From Candidatus Methanophagales archaeon (GTDB lineage: Archaea > Halobacteriota > Syntropharchaeia > Alkanophagales > Methanospirareceae), in NCBI GenBank assembly GCA_013139985.1, contig WSZT01000036.1, forward strand, positions 1-50,604: DNA of 50,604 nt, written 5' to 3'. The notes under the pieces were generated by a model that was not told the DNA's origin, did no database searches, and saw only the letters and a program-made list of their open reading frames with translations. Made by a program: the position numbers and the translations under genes. Shown here one piece after another: positions 26,205 through 36,756 of the stretch (its first letter is position 1; each line of letters begins with the position of its first letter).

Positions 26205-27020
26205 ATGAAAGTTAAGGATGTTATGAGCGGTCCGGTAATCACGGAGGATGAAGACACTTCTGTTACTATAATAGCGAGGGACATGGAACTGTCGGAGATA
26301 GGTAGTGTAGTGATAACAAGAGAAGACAAACCTGTTGGGATAGTTACTGACCGTGATATATCAATGAAGATTTGTGCTAAGATGGGAACACCAGGTGAGG
26401 TAACGGCAAAAGGGATAATGACCTCTCCTTTGATTACTATCGGACCAGAAGCACCGGTGGAAACGGCATGTGGGCTCCTGGCTGAGACTGACATAAGGCG
26501 GCTACCGGTGATGGAAAATGATAAGCTCGTGGGTATTATAAGCGTTAGAAATATATTGAGCGGTGCACCGGAGTATGTGCAAAGATTCTATCCCGCGGAA
26601 GGCGAACTGGTATCGGAGCAATTGGAAGTTGGGGATGTAATGACCTTGGACGTAATCACTGTGGATGAAGACACATTTGTCTCTGAAATATCTAAGGATA
26701 TGGAAGAAACAGGGATAGGGGGTGTAGTGATAACGAGGGGAGGTAAGCCTATAGGTATGGTTACAGATCGTGACATAGCATCAAAAGTCATAATGGCAGA
26801 TAAAAAGGCGAGCGAAATAAAAGCAAAGGAAATTATGTGCTCTCCTTTGATCACCATAGGGCCAGACGCATCGGTGGAGAAGGCATGCGGGATCATGGCT
26901 GCGAAAGGCATAAGAAGGATGCCGGTGATGGATGATGATAAGCTCGTGGGCATCATAAGCGTTAGAAATATATTGACACGATCACCCGGGCATGTATACA
27001 AATTCTATCCGGGGGAATGA
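26205..27020 (+). CDS. CBS-domain protein (four CBS domains, internally duplicated)
   Basis: Two ~139-aa repeats, each with GIVTDRDI / IRRLPV..KLVGIIS; 417-bp DNA period. Confidence 0.9.
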   Translation: MKVKDVMSGPVITEDEDTSVTIIARDMELSEIGSVVITREDKPVGIVTDRDISMKICAKMGTPGEVTAKGIMTSPLITIGPEAPVETACGLLAETDIRRLPVMENDKLVGIISVRNILSGAPEYVQRFYPAEGELVSEQLEVGDVMTLDVITVDEDTFVSEISKDMEETGIGGVVITRGGKPIGMVTDRDIASKVIMADKKASEIKAKEIMCSPLITIGPDASVEKACGIMAAKGIRRMPVMDDDKLVGIISVRNILTRSPGHVYKFYPGE

Positions 27021-27104
27021 AGGGATAGAAAGTTGTGGCGATATAATTTCGACAGTATTATTTTCAATTGTTAGAAGGTTATCGCCACAACTTGAATATA
27101 CAAT

Positions 27105-28802
27105 TCATAAGAAAATAGCTACTATTTCTCGCTTCGCCACATCTACCAACCCCTTGTCTGTTATTTTTAACTTCGGTATCACAGGTAAAGCGAGAAAAGA
27201 GATTGCAATAAGAGGAGCAGGCAGTTTACAGCCCATCTCGGAAATATTATCATCCATCTCTTTTTGCTTTCGCATCACATAATCCAACCCTTTATCACTC
27301 ATGAGTCCAGCAATAGGCAGTTTTAACTCACTCGTTACTTCTTTGCCATTGCAAAGAACAATTCCTCCTCCTATATCCTTTAAACGGTTGCAAGCGAGAG
27401 CCATATCTTCTTCGTTTGTGCCTATAACGACAATATTATGCGAGTCATGAGCGATAGTGGACGCGATTGCACCTGTTTTCAATCCAAACCCTTTTACAAA
27501 ACCCAAGCCCATATTACCGGAGTAATGGTGCCGTTCGAGAACACCGATTTCTAATATATCACGAGCTATCTCTATGCCGCTTATCTCTTCCACGAGCTCT
27601 TCCGTCAGGAGTTCTCCCTCTATCAAACCTATTATCCTCGCTTTTATTGCGCCTTCTTGCTCTATCACGAACTCATCAGGTTTCACTCGCATTATCCTTA
27701 CACTTTCGCGATATTGTGGATAGTTAAAGCTATATTCAGCGCGCTGCGCAAAATCGGGCTTCCCATTTACTATCACTTTCTCGACTTCAAAAGTATCTAA
27801 ATTCTTTAACAGTACGATGTCCGCGATTTTACCAGGGGCAATACAGCCGATTTCGCCATCCAGTTTGAACCATTGTGCGGGATTTATCGTACACATCTGC
27901 ACCGCCTTCACGGGGTCTATTCCCTCCTCAATAGCTCTTCTCAAAACATAATCTAAATAACCCTCGTCCTTTAAATCGAGCGGTGTTCGGTCGCCGTCAG
28001 TGACAAGCATGCAATTCCTTGTATCTACGGTCCGCAACAGAGGAGCGATCTTTTTCAGGTTTTTAGCCACAGAACCTTCTCTCACCATCACACGCATACC
28101 CAGCCGGAGCTTTTCTCGCGATTCTTCATATGTGGTATTCTCGTGGTCCGAGCCTGCACCACTTACGACATAAGCGTTTAGATCTTTACCGCTGAGTAAT
28201 GGTGCATGACCATCAATTGGCATTTTTAGCGCCTTTGCGATCTCTATCTTCTTCAATACCTCTTCCTCTTTTGCTATGACACCAACGTAGTTCATCACCT
28301 CTGCTAGGCCGATGATCCCGTCCATTCGCAGTAGTTTCCTTATTTCTGTATGGTCTATCGTCGCACCAGAGGTCTCGAGCCCCAGCGAAAGGTCTGTAGA
28401 AGGCACACAAGAAGGAGCCATACAAAATACTTTTAGTGCGGTGGTTCTTGCATCATCTAAAAGCGCTCGTATTCCCGCGATACCTAAGACGTTAGCTATT
28501 TCATGCGGGTCCGCAACCACAGCAGTCGTACCTCGGGGCACTACGGCCTTTGCGAATTCGCGTACCGAAAGCATGCTCATTTCTATGTGCGTATGCCCGT
28601 CTATCAATCCTGGAACCGCATAGTTATTCTGGGCGTCTATCTCCAGCCTACCATCGTATCTCCCTAATCCTGCTATCAAGCCATGAGCGATTGCAATATC
28701 GGTCTCGTATATCTCACCACTGCATACGTTGACAAGGTTCGCGTTTTTCAGTACTAAATCCGCTTTTTTGTCGCCTGAGGCGATGTCAATTAAGGCATTC
28801 AT
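27105..28802 (-). CDS. ade: Adenine deaminase
   Basis: PGLIDGHTHIE, DPHEIANV, DGHAP, SDHE, REGS and AHDSHN motifs. Confidence 0.95.
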   Translation of the reverse strand: MNALIDIASGDKKADLVLKNANLVNVCSGEIYETDIAIAHGLIAGLGRYDGRLEIDAQNNYAVPGLIDGHTHIEMSMLSVREFAKAVVPRGTTAVVADPHEIANVLGIAGIRALLDDARTTALKVFCMAPSCVPSTDLSLGLETSGATIDHTEIRKLLRMDGIIGLAEVMNYVGVIAKEEEVLKKIEIAKALKMPIDGHAPLLSGKDLNAYVVSGAGSDHENTTYEESREKLRLGMRVMVREGSVAKNLKKIAPLLRTVDTRNCMLVTDGDRTPLDLKDEGYLDYVLRRAIEEGIDPVKAVQMCTINPAQWFKLDGEIGCIAPGKIADIVLLKNLDTFEVEKVIVNGKPDFAQRAEYSFNYPQYRESVRIMRVKPDEFVIEQEGAIKARIIGLIEGELLTEELVEEISGIEIARDILEIGVLERHHYSGNMGLGFVKGFGLKTGAIASTIAHDSHNIVVIGTNEEDMALACNRLKDIGGGIVLCNGKEVTSELKLPIAGLMSDKGLDYVMRKQKEMDDNISEMGCKLPAPLIAISFLALPVIPKLKITDKGLVDVAKREIVAIFL

Positions 28803-28970
28803 TTTTTGGCATTTTAGGAAACTTTATAAGTAGATAGGGATCCATTTTTAAAAAGTTCGTTGACACCAATAGTGTTAAATATCAGGGAAAGGAAAAAGGT
28901 TTACAGGATGATATGGTAGGACAAGTGGAATAAAAACTGGGCTGATAGGTTAAATCAATAGAAAGAGACG

Positions 28971-29261
28971 ATGAACGAGGATATTAAAAAGAGGATAATG
29001 GAAAAAGTTGAGACGGTGATTGAGCGAGTAGAGTTCATCGAAGATGATTACAGCGATATTGATTTTTTAGTCGAACATGACATTTTGGAAGAAAAAAAGG
29101 CGGAGAAATTAAAAGAAGCAAATGGATTAAGAAATAGACTGGTTCATGGATATGATAGTCTAGATGATGAGACTGCATGTTATGCGATAATTGAATTGAT
29201 AGAGGATTTAAGAGATTTTTCTGTTGCGGTGTTAGAATGGAAAAGAGAGAACAGCTCTTAG
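28971..29261 (+). CDS. HEPN (HepT/DUF86) RNase toxin, apparently internally deleted
   Basis: RNRLVHGY (RX4HxY) motif; only 96 aa. Confidence 0.75.
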   Translation: MNEDIKKRIMEKVETVIERVEFIEDDYSDIDFLVEHDILEEKKAEKLKEANGLRNRLVHGYDSLDDETACYAIIELIEDLRDFSVAVLEWKRENSS

Positions 29262-29653
29262 ACGTATTGAAGGATATGATACCCTACGTTAAAGGGATAT
29301 TGGTCTATGGCTCATTTATTAAGGGCTATGCAGATGTGAAATCGGATATTGATATATGTGTGATAGAAAAGGAAGGTATAGAGTCGAAGGTTTTGTACGA
29401 GCGGGTTTTGAAAGTTTCGGCAGATGAAAGATACGATATTGTGATATTCAATAGGATACCCTGGTATCTGAGGGGTGAGATACTAGAAAATAACGCGGTT
29501 ATCTATGTAGAGGACGAGGATGACCTGGATTTTTGGTTATACAAGCAATTAAAGATCTGGAACGGGATGAAAAGGAGGCAACAGTTAGTGTCTGCCGATG
29601 ATTTAATCGCTAGAGCGGAAGAAGGGCGATTGAAAAAGGATCCACTCACTTGA
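29237..29653 (+). CDS. Minimal nucleotidyltransferase (MNT/MntA antitoxin)
   Basis: VYGS.IKG.ADVKSDIDICV motif; overlaps the HEPN gene. Confidence 0.85.
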   Translation: MEKREQLLDVLKDMIPYVKGILVYGSFIKGYADVKSDIDICVIEKEGIESKVLYERVLKVSADERYDIVIFNRIPWYLRGEILENNAVIYVEDEDDLDFWLYKQLKIWNGMKRRQQLVSADDLIARAEEGRLKKDPLT

Positions 29654-30929
29654 ACTCGAATTCAACATCAATCTTCTTACCTGCAATCTCCTCTAGGGCA
29701 TCTAGCAAAAGCCGCTTCTTCGCTATAAGTTCCTCTTCCAGTGTAACTATACGTCTCTTTGATCGGTCTATACCTTCTTCAAATCGCGTGAGTTGCCCCT
29801 TGGTAGAAGCAATAGATTGCTCGATCTCTGCTTTATTTTCGAGGATCGTCATATCCGCAAGCTTACCTTTACGCTCTTTTATTCTTGACTGTAACAGATC
29901 CCTTTTTCCTTTTATCGTGGCTAGTTCAGCATTTAAGAGATGATCTATCCATTTCAATGTCGAGTCCCGCTTTCGATCTTTTAGAATAGAGGCTTCACCT
30001 TCTATGATTCTCTTAATAGCGAGGAGAGAGTCATTGATGTCCCCCTCGAGAGCTCGAATTGGGGACAGCAGGATAGAAGATACCGCTCTTCGCTCTTCAG
30101 GAGTAAGTGTATGCCGTCCACTCTCATCCTGTTTCTTTAATAAGTTGAGTGGTTTATTAATAGGGGCGAACAATTTGCTAACATCCGATTCAAGCACGTT
30201 TAAATCCGCCTCTAACTGTGATAACTCGGTTTCAAGCTCTTTGAGTTGCATCCATTCCGCGTCTTCTTCTATCTGCCGCAACCTCTCCCATTCTGTTTCT
30301 ATTTTACTTTCGAGTACAAAACAGTCTTCTTCTCGATCACGAACATTCGCCTTCTCCTTTTCTATCTCTGATTTTAGATCTTTTATGGCCTGTATAATCC
30401 CCGGCACTTCTTCTAACTTCATTATATGGCTTTCTTTTTCCCGTATTGGTCTAATAAGTAGGTTAAGAGCAGTTTTCAGGCGTTTGAGATCGGATACAAC
30501 CTCCTTAACTACATCAGGGAAAAGAGACCGAACATAGTAGATGCTCTTCGATGATTTGCCAAGAGTTGATTCTATGTTAGCGGATGTCAGTTTATAAAAG
30601 GACAGAACAGTTTTATAATCGGTTTGCGTGGGAACCGAAATTTTTTCAGTCAGCGTATTGAGCTGTTTCACCATTTTATCTCGGTTCACCAGCCCTAATT
30701 TGGTGAGATTGGCCGGCATATTCTCAATTGGTTCAGCGTCCTGAAGCTGGGTTGTATCCTGTTTGAGCAGATCACGTACATCTCCAATCTCACGATATAA
30801 CTTATCGGCAGTTGTACTCAGACTACGGAATAGCGAGTTCGACACCAGCTCCAGCCAGGTATCTAGCCCATCGAAGGCGACGGTGGACGGTATTTCATCC
30901 TTACCAAAGATACTACTTAGCCACTTCAC
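29646..30929 (-). CDS. Long coiled-coil hypothetical protein
   Basis: 427-aa ORF rich in heptad-patterned E/K/L. Confidence 0.75.
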   Translation of the reverse strand: MKWLSSIFGKDEIPSTVAFDGLDTWLELVSNSLFRSLSTTADKLYREIGDVRDLLKQDTTQLQDAEPIENMPANLTKLGLVNRDKMVKQLNTLTEKISVPTQTDYKTVLSFYKLTSANIESTLGKSSKSIYYVRSLFPDVVKEVVSDLKRLKTALNLLIRPIREKESHIMKLEEVPGIIQAIKDLKSEIEKEKANVRDREEDCFVLESKIETEWERLRQIEEDAEWMQLKELETELSQLEADLNVLESDVSKLFAPINKPLNLLKKQDESGRHTLTPEERRAVSSILLSPIRALEGDINDSLLAIKRIIEGEASILKDRKRDSTLKWIDHLLNAELATIKGKRDLLQSRIKERKGKLADMTILENKAEIEQSIASTKGQLTRFEEGIDRSKRRIVTLEEELIAKKRLLLDALEEIAGKKIDVEFEFK

Positions 30930-31002
30930 ATGTTCCTGTAGGTGCTAGATATGTTTATAGTTTTGCTTCTGCTATGCAACTTCCCGTTATTCTCCGGTCA
31001 TG

Positions 31003-31683
31003 TTAAAAATATATGGCAGCACCTTTGACAAAGAACAAAATACCCAAAGAAACCATGAAGATGGCAATTACGAGCATCGTTAATTCGTATCTCCGCCCGA
31101 CAAAGAAATTCTTGCCTCGGGCGAAAGAGAAAGAGACGAAAGAGTACCACGCGAAATCAGAAAGGAAATGCCCTATGGTAACCAAAATTACTCCGGCTAG
31201 AGCAAGCCACTCAAATCCAGTTAATAAAATCGGGTATCCTATTGCCATCCACCAGGGTATAAAGGAGGGATTGAAAGCAGTGAGTAGAAAACCGCCAAAA
31301 ATCGAACTTTTATAATTATACTTTGTGCCCCCCATTTCATTGCTTATCAGTTCCTCCTGTGACCATGACTTCACAGCCTTCGCCTCTTTAATAACACTTA
31401 ATGACATTAAAATAAGTGCAATGCCTCCTATTAGATATATCCATGATTCTAATTGATTGAAATAGCTTTTCAATCCAAGTCCTAAAACAACAAGTGCTAA
31501 TATGATCACACATTCAACGAAAACGTGGCCTATTATAGTAAGAGGCCCTGATAATGCACCTTTCTTCAATGTGTCGGATATTACAAAAGCAAAAAGCGGT
31601 CCCGGTATCAAAGCTCCGCTCAGCCCAGTCAGAAACCCAATAGCTACCAGCGATGCACCGATTAAGAAAGGTGAAGCAGTCAT
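31003..31683 (-). CDS. LysE/RhtB-family membrane translocator
   Basis: GLSGALIPGPL, GH...E, NP.FIPWW..IG and GH..SD..WY motifs. Start set at MTASPF (31683). Confidence 0.85.
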   Translation of the reverse strand: MTASPFLIGASLVAIGFLTGLSGALIPGPLFAFVISDTLKKGALSGPLTIIGHVFVECVIILALVVLGLGLKSYFNQLESWIYLIGGIALILMSLSVIKEAKAVKSWSQEELISNEMGGTKYNYKSSIFGGFLLTAFNPSFIPWWMAIGYPILLTGFEWLALAGVILVTIGHFLSDFAWYSFVSFSFARGKNFFVGRRYELTMLVIAIFMVSLGILFFVKGAAIYF

Positions 31684-31836
31684 TTTACTACTATAAAAGA
31701 GAGAGTGGAAAATATAAGCTTTTTCTCTTGACAAAATCATTAAAACGCGAAACGTATTGATCTATTTGTTAGGCCCATATATTACTTAGTAACTATTATT
31801 ATTATTCAGTAACTCTTATGGAGAAACAAAAGGCGG

Positions 31837-31908
31837 GGGCTCGTAGCTCAGTGGAAGAGTGCCTCCTTCGCGAGGAGGAAGCCACGGGTTCAAATCCCGT
31901 CGAGTCCA
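31837..31908 (+). tRNA. tRNA-Ala(CGC)
   Basis: Acceptor GGGCTCG/CGAGTCC with G3:U70, anticodon arm CCTCC-TT-CGC-GA-GGAGG, T-loop GTTCAAATC; no encoded CCA. Confidence 0.95.
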
Positions 31909-31964
31909 TAAGATAAGTAGAAGAAGAAATAAAAAAATGAACAAAAAAGGTGATGTGAGTACAG

Positions 31965-32702
31965 ATGATGCCACAAATGGGTTATGATCGGGCGATAACA
32001 GTATTCAGCCCTGATGGAAGATTGTTTCAAGTAGAATACGCAAGGGAAGCGGTGAAAAGAGGAACTACCGCCGTGGGGATAAAGGCACAGGACGGTGTTG
32101 CGCTGTTGGTGGACAAGAGATTAACTTCCCGACTATTGGAAGGTGGCTCCGTAGAGAAAATATTCCGGTTAGACACGCATATAGGCGCAGCAACTTCGGG
32201 ATTGGTAGCAGATGCGAGGATGCTGATAGATCGAGGTCGAATAGAATCACAAATAAATAAAGTCGTATATGACGAGCCAATAGCTGTGGAAACATTAGCG
32301 AAAAAGATATGCGATTATAAGCAAGCATTTACACAATATGGCGGGCTTAGACCTTTTGGTACCGCGTTGTTGATAGGTGGTGTGTACAATGGCGATACGT
32401 ACCTCTTTGAAACTGACCCCAGTGGTGCGTTACTGGAATATAAAGCAACTGCGATAGGTTCCGGGAGAAGCATAGTAACAGAGCTACTTGAGCAGCAGTA
32501 TAAAGAAGGCCTCAAACTTGAAGATGCCATCTTGCTCGGTTTGGAAGCGTTGTATAAAGTAACAGAAGGAAAGATAGACATAACAACCGTGGATGTAGGT
32601 CTCGCTGAGTTAGAGACGAAAACGTTCAGGATTTTAGAGGCAAAGGAGCTGGAACCGTACATAAAGAAGGTGCAAGAGAGGGGAAAGAAGGCAGAAGAGT
32701 AA
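31965..32702 (+). CDS. psmA: Proteasome subunit alpha
   Basis: [28 protein letters not shown] signature. Confidence 0.97.
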   Translation: MMPQMGYDRAITVFSPDGRLFQVEYAREAVKRGTTAVGIKAQDGVALLVDKRLTSRLLEGGSVEKIFRLDTHIGAATSGLVADARMLIDRGRIESQINKVVYDEPIAVETLAKKICDYKQAFTQYGGLRPFGTALLIGGVYNGDTYLFETDPSGALLEYKATAIGSGRSIVTELLEQQYKEGLKLEDAILLGLEALYKVTEGKIDITTVDVGLAELETKTFRILEAKELEPYIKKVQERGKKAEE

Positions 32703-32706
32703 GGAA

Positions 32707-33399
32707 ATGGTAAGTCTAGACAAAGCGGTGGTGGCCAGGTATAAGCACGGCAAGAAGAATTTTGAGATACTCGTTGACCCTGAGCTGGCATATCAGATCA
32801 GGAGTGAGGGTAAAGGTGAAGTAGAACCCGCTTTGGCTGCTGATGAGATTTTTACAAATGCCTCAAAGGGCGAAAAAGCAACGGACGGGGATTTGATGAC
32901 CGCTTTTTCTAGCACCGATGTCGTGGAAATAGCGGAGAGGATAATAAAAGAAGGCGAGGTGCAACTGACTGCGGCACAAAGGAGAAAAAAGGTTGAGGAG
33001 AAAAGGAAGATGGTAATAGACCAGATTGCTCGTATCTCTATAAATCCGCAGACTAAAACACCTCATACGCCTACAAGAATAGAAATTGCTATGACCGAAG
33101 CTAAGGTGCACATTGACCCCTTTAAACGTGTAGACGAGTTAGTAAATGAGACTGTGAAGGCTATACGGCCAATAATTCCGATAAAGATAGAGGAGACCGA
33201 GATAGCGATAAAAATCCCTGCGGCATACACAGCTCGAGTATATGAACTAAAGGGTAATTATAGCGTGATAAAGGAGGAGTGGCAAGGAGATGGTTCATTC
33301 GTAGCGGTGGTGAAAATACCGGCGGGAATGAGAGATGAACTATTCTCTTTTTTGAACCATATAACAAAAGGAGATGTTCAAACAAAGATAGTAAAGTGA
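32707..33399 (+). CDS. sdo1: Ribosome maturation factor SBDS/Sdo1
   Basis: MVSLDKAVVAR, FEILVDP, GEVQLT..QR and NPQTK.PH.P.RIE motifs. Confidence 0.93.
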   Translation: MVSLDKAVVARYKHGKKNFEILVDPELAYQIRSEGKGEVEPALAADEIFTNASKGEKATDGDLMTAFSSTDVVEIAERIIKEGEVQLTAAQRRKKVEEKRKMVIDQIARISINPQTKTPHTPTRIEIAMTEAKVHIDPFKRVDELVNETVKAIRPIIPIKIEETEIAIKIPAAYTARVYELKGNYSVIKEEWQGDGSFVAVVKIPAGMRDELFSFLNHITKGDVQTKIVK

Positions 33400-33405
33400 T
33401 GTACC

Positions 33406-34077
33406 ATGTATAAAGTAGTGGTTCCTGGGGATTGTATTTCGACTGAGGTAAATCGTGCAGGCGAGGGCACTTACGTTGAAGATGGCAATGTTTATGCACT
33501 GAAATATGGCGTAGTGGACGATAGAGGCACGATAAAAGTGGTAGCACTTTCTGGAAAGTATATGCCAGTGAACGGAGACGTAGTAGTAGGGAAAATAGCC
33601 GAGATTTCGTTCCCTTATTGGATTGTTGACATCGCATCGCCTTACGAAGCGCGATTACACAAATCCGAATTTGGAAGGGGCGAGAAGATAGATTTTGGTA
33701 ACATGTGTGAGTATCTTGATATTGATGATTTGATTGTAGCGAAGGTAATGAATGTGGATGTAATGATGAGGATAGATCTGGCATTGAAGAACGAATTCAA
33801 GATGGATGGCGTCGGTAGATTGATAGAAGTATCACCTACGAAGGTACCACGCATAATAGGACGGAGTGGTTCGATGATACGGCTGCTGAAGGATAAGTGT
33901 AATTGCTTTATCTTTGTCGCAAAGAATGGGCGTATCTGGATAAAGGGCAGTAGCGCAGATATGGATCTCGCTTCGCAGACGGTGATGAAAATTGCGAATG
34001 AGGCTCATACGTCTGGGTTAACAGATCGGATAGCACTTTTTTTAGATTCGTTTAAAAGTGAAAAAGGAGAGGGATAA
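33406..34077 (+). CDS. rrp4: Exosome RNA-binding subunit Rrp4
   Basis: VVPGD, S1 domain, KVPRIIG..GSMI and NGRIW motifs. Confidence 0.93.
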   Translation: MYKVVVPGDCISTEVNRAGEGTYVEDGNVYALKYGVVDDRGTIKVVALSGKYMPVNGDVVVGKIAEISFPYWIVDIASPYEARLHKSEFGRGEKIDFGNMCEYLDIDDLIVAKVMNVDVMMRIDLALKNEFKMDGVGRLIEVSPTKVPRIIGRSGSMIRLLKDKCNCFIFVAKNGRIWIKGSSADMDLASQTVMKIANEAHTSGLTDRIALFLDSFKSEKGEG

Positions 34078-34086
34078 GGGAGAAGA

Positions 34087-34815
34087 ATGAAAGAAGAAAA
34101 AATAGAGCTTATAAAAGATGGGAAGAGGTTGAGTGGTAGAGGTTTTGAAGAGCTCAGGCCTATAAAGATAGACGTGGGCGTGTTAAAAAGAGCAGACGGG
34201 TCATGTTACTTTGAGTTAGGGAATAATAAGGCGCTTGCTGCAGTATATGGTCCTAGGGAGATGCATCCAAGACATTTTCAAAATGCGAAAATGGCGGTAG
34301 TCAAATACCGGTATAACATGGCACCTTTTTCGGTAGATGATAGAAAGAGACCTGGGCCGGACAGAAGGAGTCAGGAGATTTCGATGGTTAGTAGGAAAGC
34401 GTTAGACCCTGTTATACTAAGAGAACTCTATCCAAAGACTGCGATAGAAGTGTATGTAGAGGTACTTCAGTCGGATGCAGGTACGAGGACAGCGGGCATA
34501 AATGCGGCTTCTGTCGCGCTTGCTGATGCCGGAATACCAATGAAAGATTTGGTTTCTTCTGTTGCCATTGGTAAAATAGATGGAGAAGTGGTATTGGACC
34601 TGGATGCAAAAGAGGACAATTTCGGTGAGGCGGATATGCCAGTAGCAATGATTGCAAGGACAAACACAATTACGCTGTTGCAGATGGATGGTCGACTAAA
34701 AAAGGAAGAATTTGAGCGTGGGTTGAAGATCGCGATGACTGGTTGTCGTAAGATATACGAGTTGCAAAGAGCCGCGTTAGTTGAGAAATATAGCAAGAGT
34801 GGAAATGAGGAGTGA
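34087..34815 (+). CDS. rrp41: Exosome exonuclease Rrp41
   Basis: ADGS, YGPRE, YNMAPFSVDDRKRPGPDRRS and DAGTR motifs. Confidence 0.96.
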   Translation: MKEEKIELIKDGKRLSGRGFEELRPIKIDVGVLKRADGSCYFELGNNKALAAVYGPREMHPRHFQNAKMAVVKYRYNMAPFSVDDRKRPGPDRRSQEISMVSRKALDPVILRELYPKTAIEVYVEVLQSDAGTRTAGINAASVALADAGIPMKDLVSSVAIGKIDGEVVLDLDAKEDNFGEADMPVAMIARTNTITLLQMDGRLKKEEFERGLKIAMTGCRKIYELQRAALVEKYSKSGNEE

Positions 34816-34824
34816 AAAATAGAA

Positions 34825-35607
34825 ATGGGACAGGAAGTTATAGAGGATATAAGGAAGGATTACGTGTATGACCTGATAGAACAGGGAAAGAGGGCAGATG
34901 GGCGCGGATTTCTCGATTTCCGTGATATCACCGTAGAACGGGACCTAATAAAGAAGGCGGATGGCTCAACACGGGTGCAGATAGGCGATACAGTAGTTTT
35001 AGTAGGTGTGAAGGTTGAACCAGGTGCGCCTTTCCCCGATACTCCTAACAAGGGGGTTTTAATGACCAATGCAGAGCTTGTACCACTGGCATCGCCGGAA
35101 TTTGAGTCGGGACCGCCGGGTGAAAACAGTATAGAACTAGCAAGAGTTGTAGATCGTGGTATTAGGGGCTCAGAAACGATAGATTTGGAGAAGTTGTGTA
35201 TAGAAGAAGGGGAGAAAGTATGGATGGTTTTTATAGATATACATACTTTGGACAACGATGGTAACTTGGTGGATGCCGCTGCATTGGGTGCTATTATGTC
35301 TCTTTTGAACGTTACTATACCCTATGAGCAATATGGCTTAACGGGGGAAGACACATTGCAGATACGGGACACACCTGTTGCGGTAACAGTGGTGGAAATT
35401 GGAGGGAACCTCTTAGTGGACCCAAATGTATATGAAGAGAGTGCAGCCACGAGCAAGTTGACAGTAATTTCAAATGCGGATGGGTCAATATCCGGACTGC
35501 AAAAGAGTGGCAGTAGTGGCTTAACGGAAGAAAAGATAGTAAAGATGATCGAAATAGGGATCGAAAAGGCGCGAGAAATAAGGGAGAAGTATTTACCTAA
35601 AATTTAG
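34825..35607 (+). CDS. rrp42: Exosome subunit Rrp42
   Basis: R.DGR, PFPDTP, ASPEFESGPPGE..IELARVVDRGIR and DGNL.DA motifs. Confidence 0.96.
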   Translation: MGQEVIEDIRKDYVYDLIEQGKRADGRGFLDFRDITVERDLIKKADGSTRVQIGDTVVLVGVKVEPGAPFPDTPNKGVLMTNAELVPLASPEFESGPPGENSIELARVVDRGIRGSETIDLEKLCIEEGEKVWMVFIDIHTLDNDGNLVDAAALGAIMSLLNVTIPYEQYGLTGEDTLQIRDTPVAVTVVEIGGNLLVDPNVYEESAATSKLTVISNADGSISGLQKSGSSGLTEEKIVKMIEIGIEKAREIREKYLPKI

Positions 35608-35689
35608 AGTAATAATATGGATGTATAGTAATTTCACTGGAAAATTCGACAGTGCAGGGCTGAGCAAATACTTTTTCTCGTTTTTGATT

Positions 35690-36739
35690 TCAAGTGTGTG
35701 TCTGAGCCCGATTTTTTTTCGTCTTCAACTTCAGCCTATAATAGTTTAATGGATGAGAAATCTTCTCACATATGTCGTCACTTCCAACACAGTTACCATA
35801 AGTGCGCATTGTCGCACAGGACGGTGCGGTATAACGAACACTTCCCGTACCGCCTGCAATATGCCGCACCTGATACCTTGTTCGCTCTTCATCAAAATCC
35901 GGCGAGTTCTTGTAAATCTCTATTATCTCATCTTCACTCAGCCCTAAATTCAACAAGAAAGCAGTAACCGCAAATCGCGCACCGTGAGTGACATTTATAC
36001 CCTCTTTTAAGTTGCTCAGAATGTGGGCTATACAAGGCGGGAAACAGTTTGGGTCCTTCACGATGAAGCCTTCCGCATCGCCAAACTTCTTTCGGGTTTC
36101 CTCCAGCTCGCGCTTTATCTCCTCAGTATAGCCTCTTATCGCATTACATACATCTGCGGGAACGTTCAATGGCAGGTCTTTCATTATCCTTTCATAGATC
36201 GCTTCCTGGATAATGCGAATAAATTCGCCCTTTTCCAGTTTCACACCTCCCTTCTCCAATCCACGGTTCACCAGTTTCCATTTTTTATCATGTAGATTAA
36301 TTGTGAACCGCAAGTAATCAACGAAAGGCATCTGAACATGCTCACGGAAAAAATCCACGCGTATGCTAAACTCTTCGGCCATCTCGTAAATAATATCGGT
36401 GTCCGTGCGGGAATCGGCTAATAACTTTTCGTGTGCCGCTTTAGCTTCGGATAACACATATCTGCGGACAAGGTGCTCGTCATGGATGCATGAGACAAGA
36501 ATACGAGCAAAAGGATAAGCTAGTAATTCCATCTCCGCTTGCGCGTTGGTGATTACAGCAGGCTTTAGGATCATTCCATCCTTTATCGCTTCTAATATCC
36601 TCACCTTGCCTCTCAGTCTCGCACGTTCAAAAGCAGCAGAGCTTATTAAATTCTCCAGCGTGGCACCTAATTCGTCTACATATCCCGATGCCGAGGAAAG
36701 GAAAGGATAAAAGCATAAATGTGTGGAATTCCGTTCCAT
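35690..36739 (-). CDS. priL: DNA primase large subunit
   Basis: YPF, FPPCI, H.ARF, PDFDE..TRYQV.HI, Y..PSC.TM...G.C and HPL.YY motifs. Confidence 0.93.
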   Translation of the reverse strand: MERNSTHLCFYPFLSSASGYVDELGATLENLISSAAFERARLRGKVRILEAIKDGMILKPAVITNAQAEMELLAYPFARILVSCIHDEHLVRRYVLSEAKAAHEKLLADSRTDTDIIYEMAEEFSIRVDFFREHVQMPFVDYLRFTINLHDKKWKLVNRGLEKGGVKLEKGEFIRIIQEAIYERIMKDLPLNVPADVCNAIRGYTEEIKRELEETRKKFGDAEGFIVKDPNCFPPCIAHILSNLKEGINVTHGARFAVTAFLLNLGLSEDEIIEIYKNSPDFDEERTRYQVRHIAGGTGSVRYTAPSCATMRTYGNCVGSDDICEKISHPLNYYRLKLKTKKNRAQTHT

Positions 36740-36756
36740 CGTAATCGCCCTATTTT

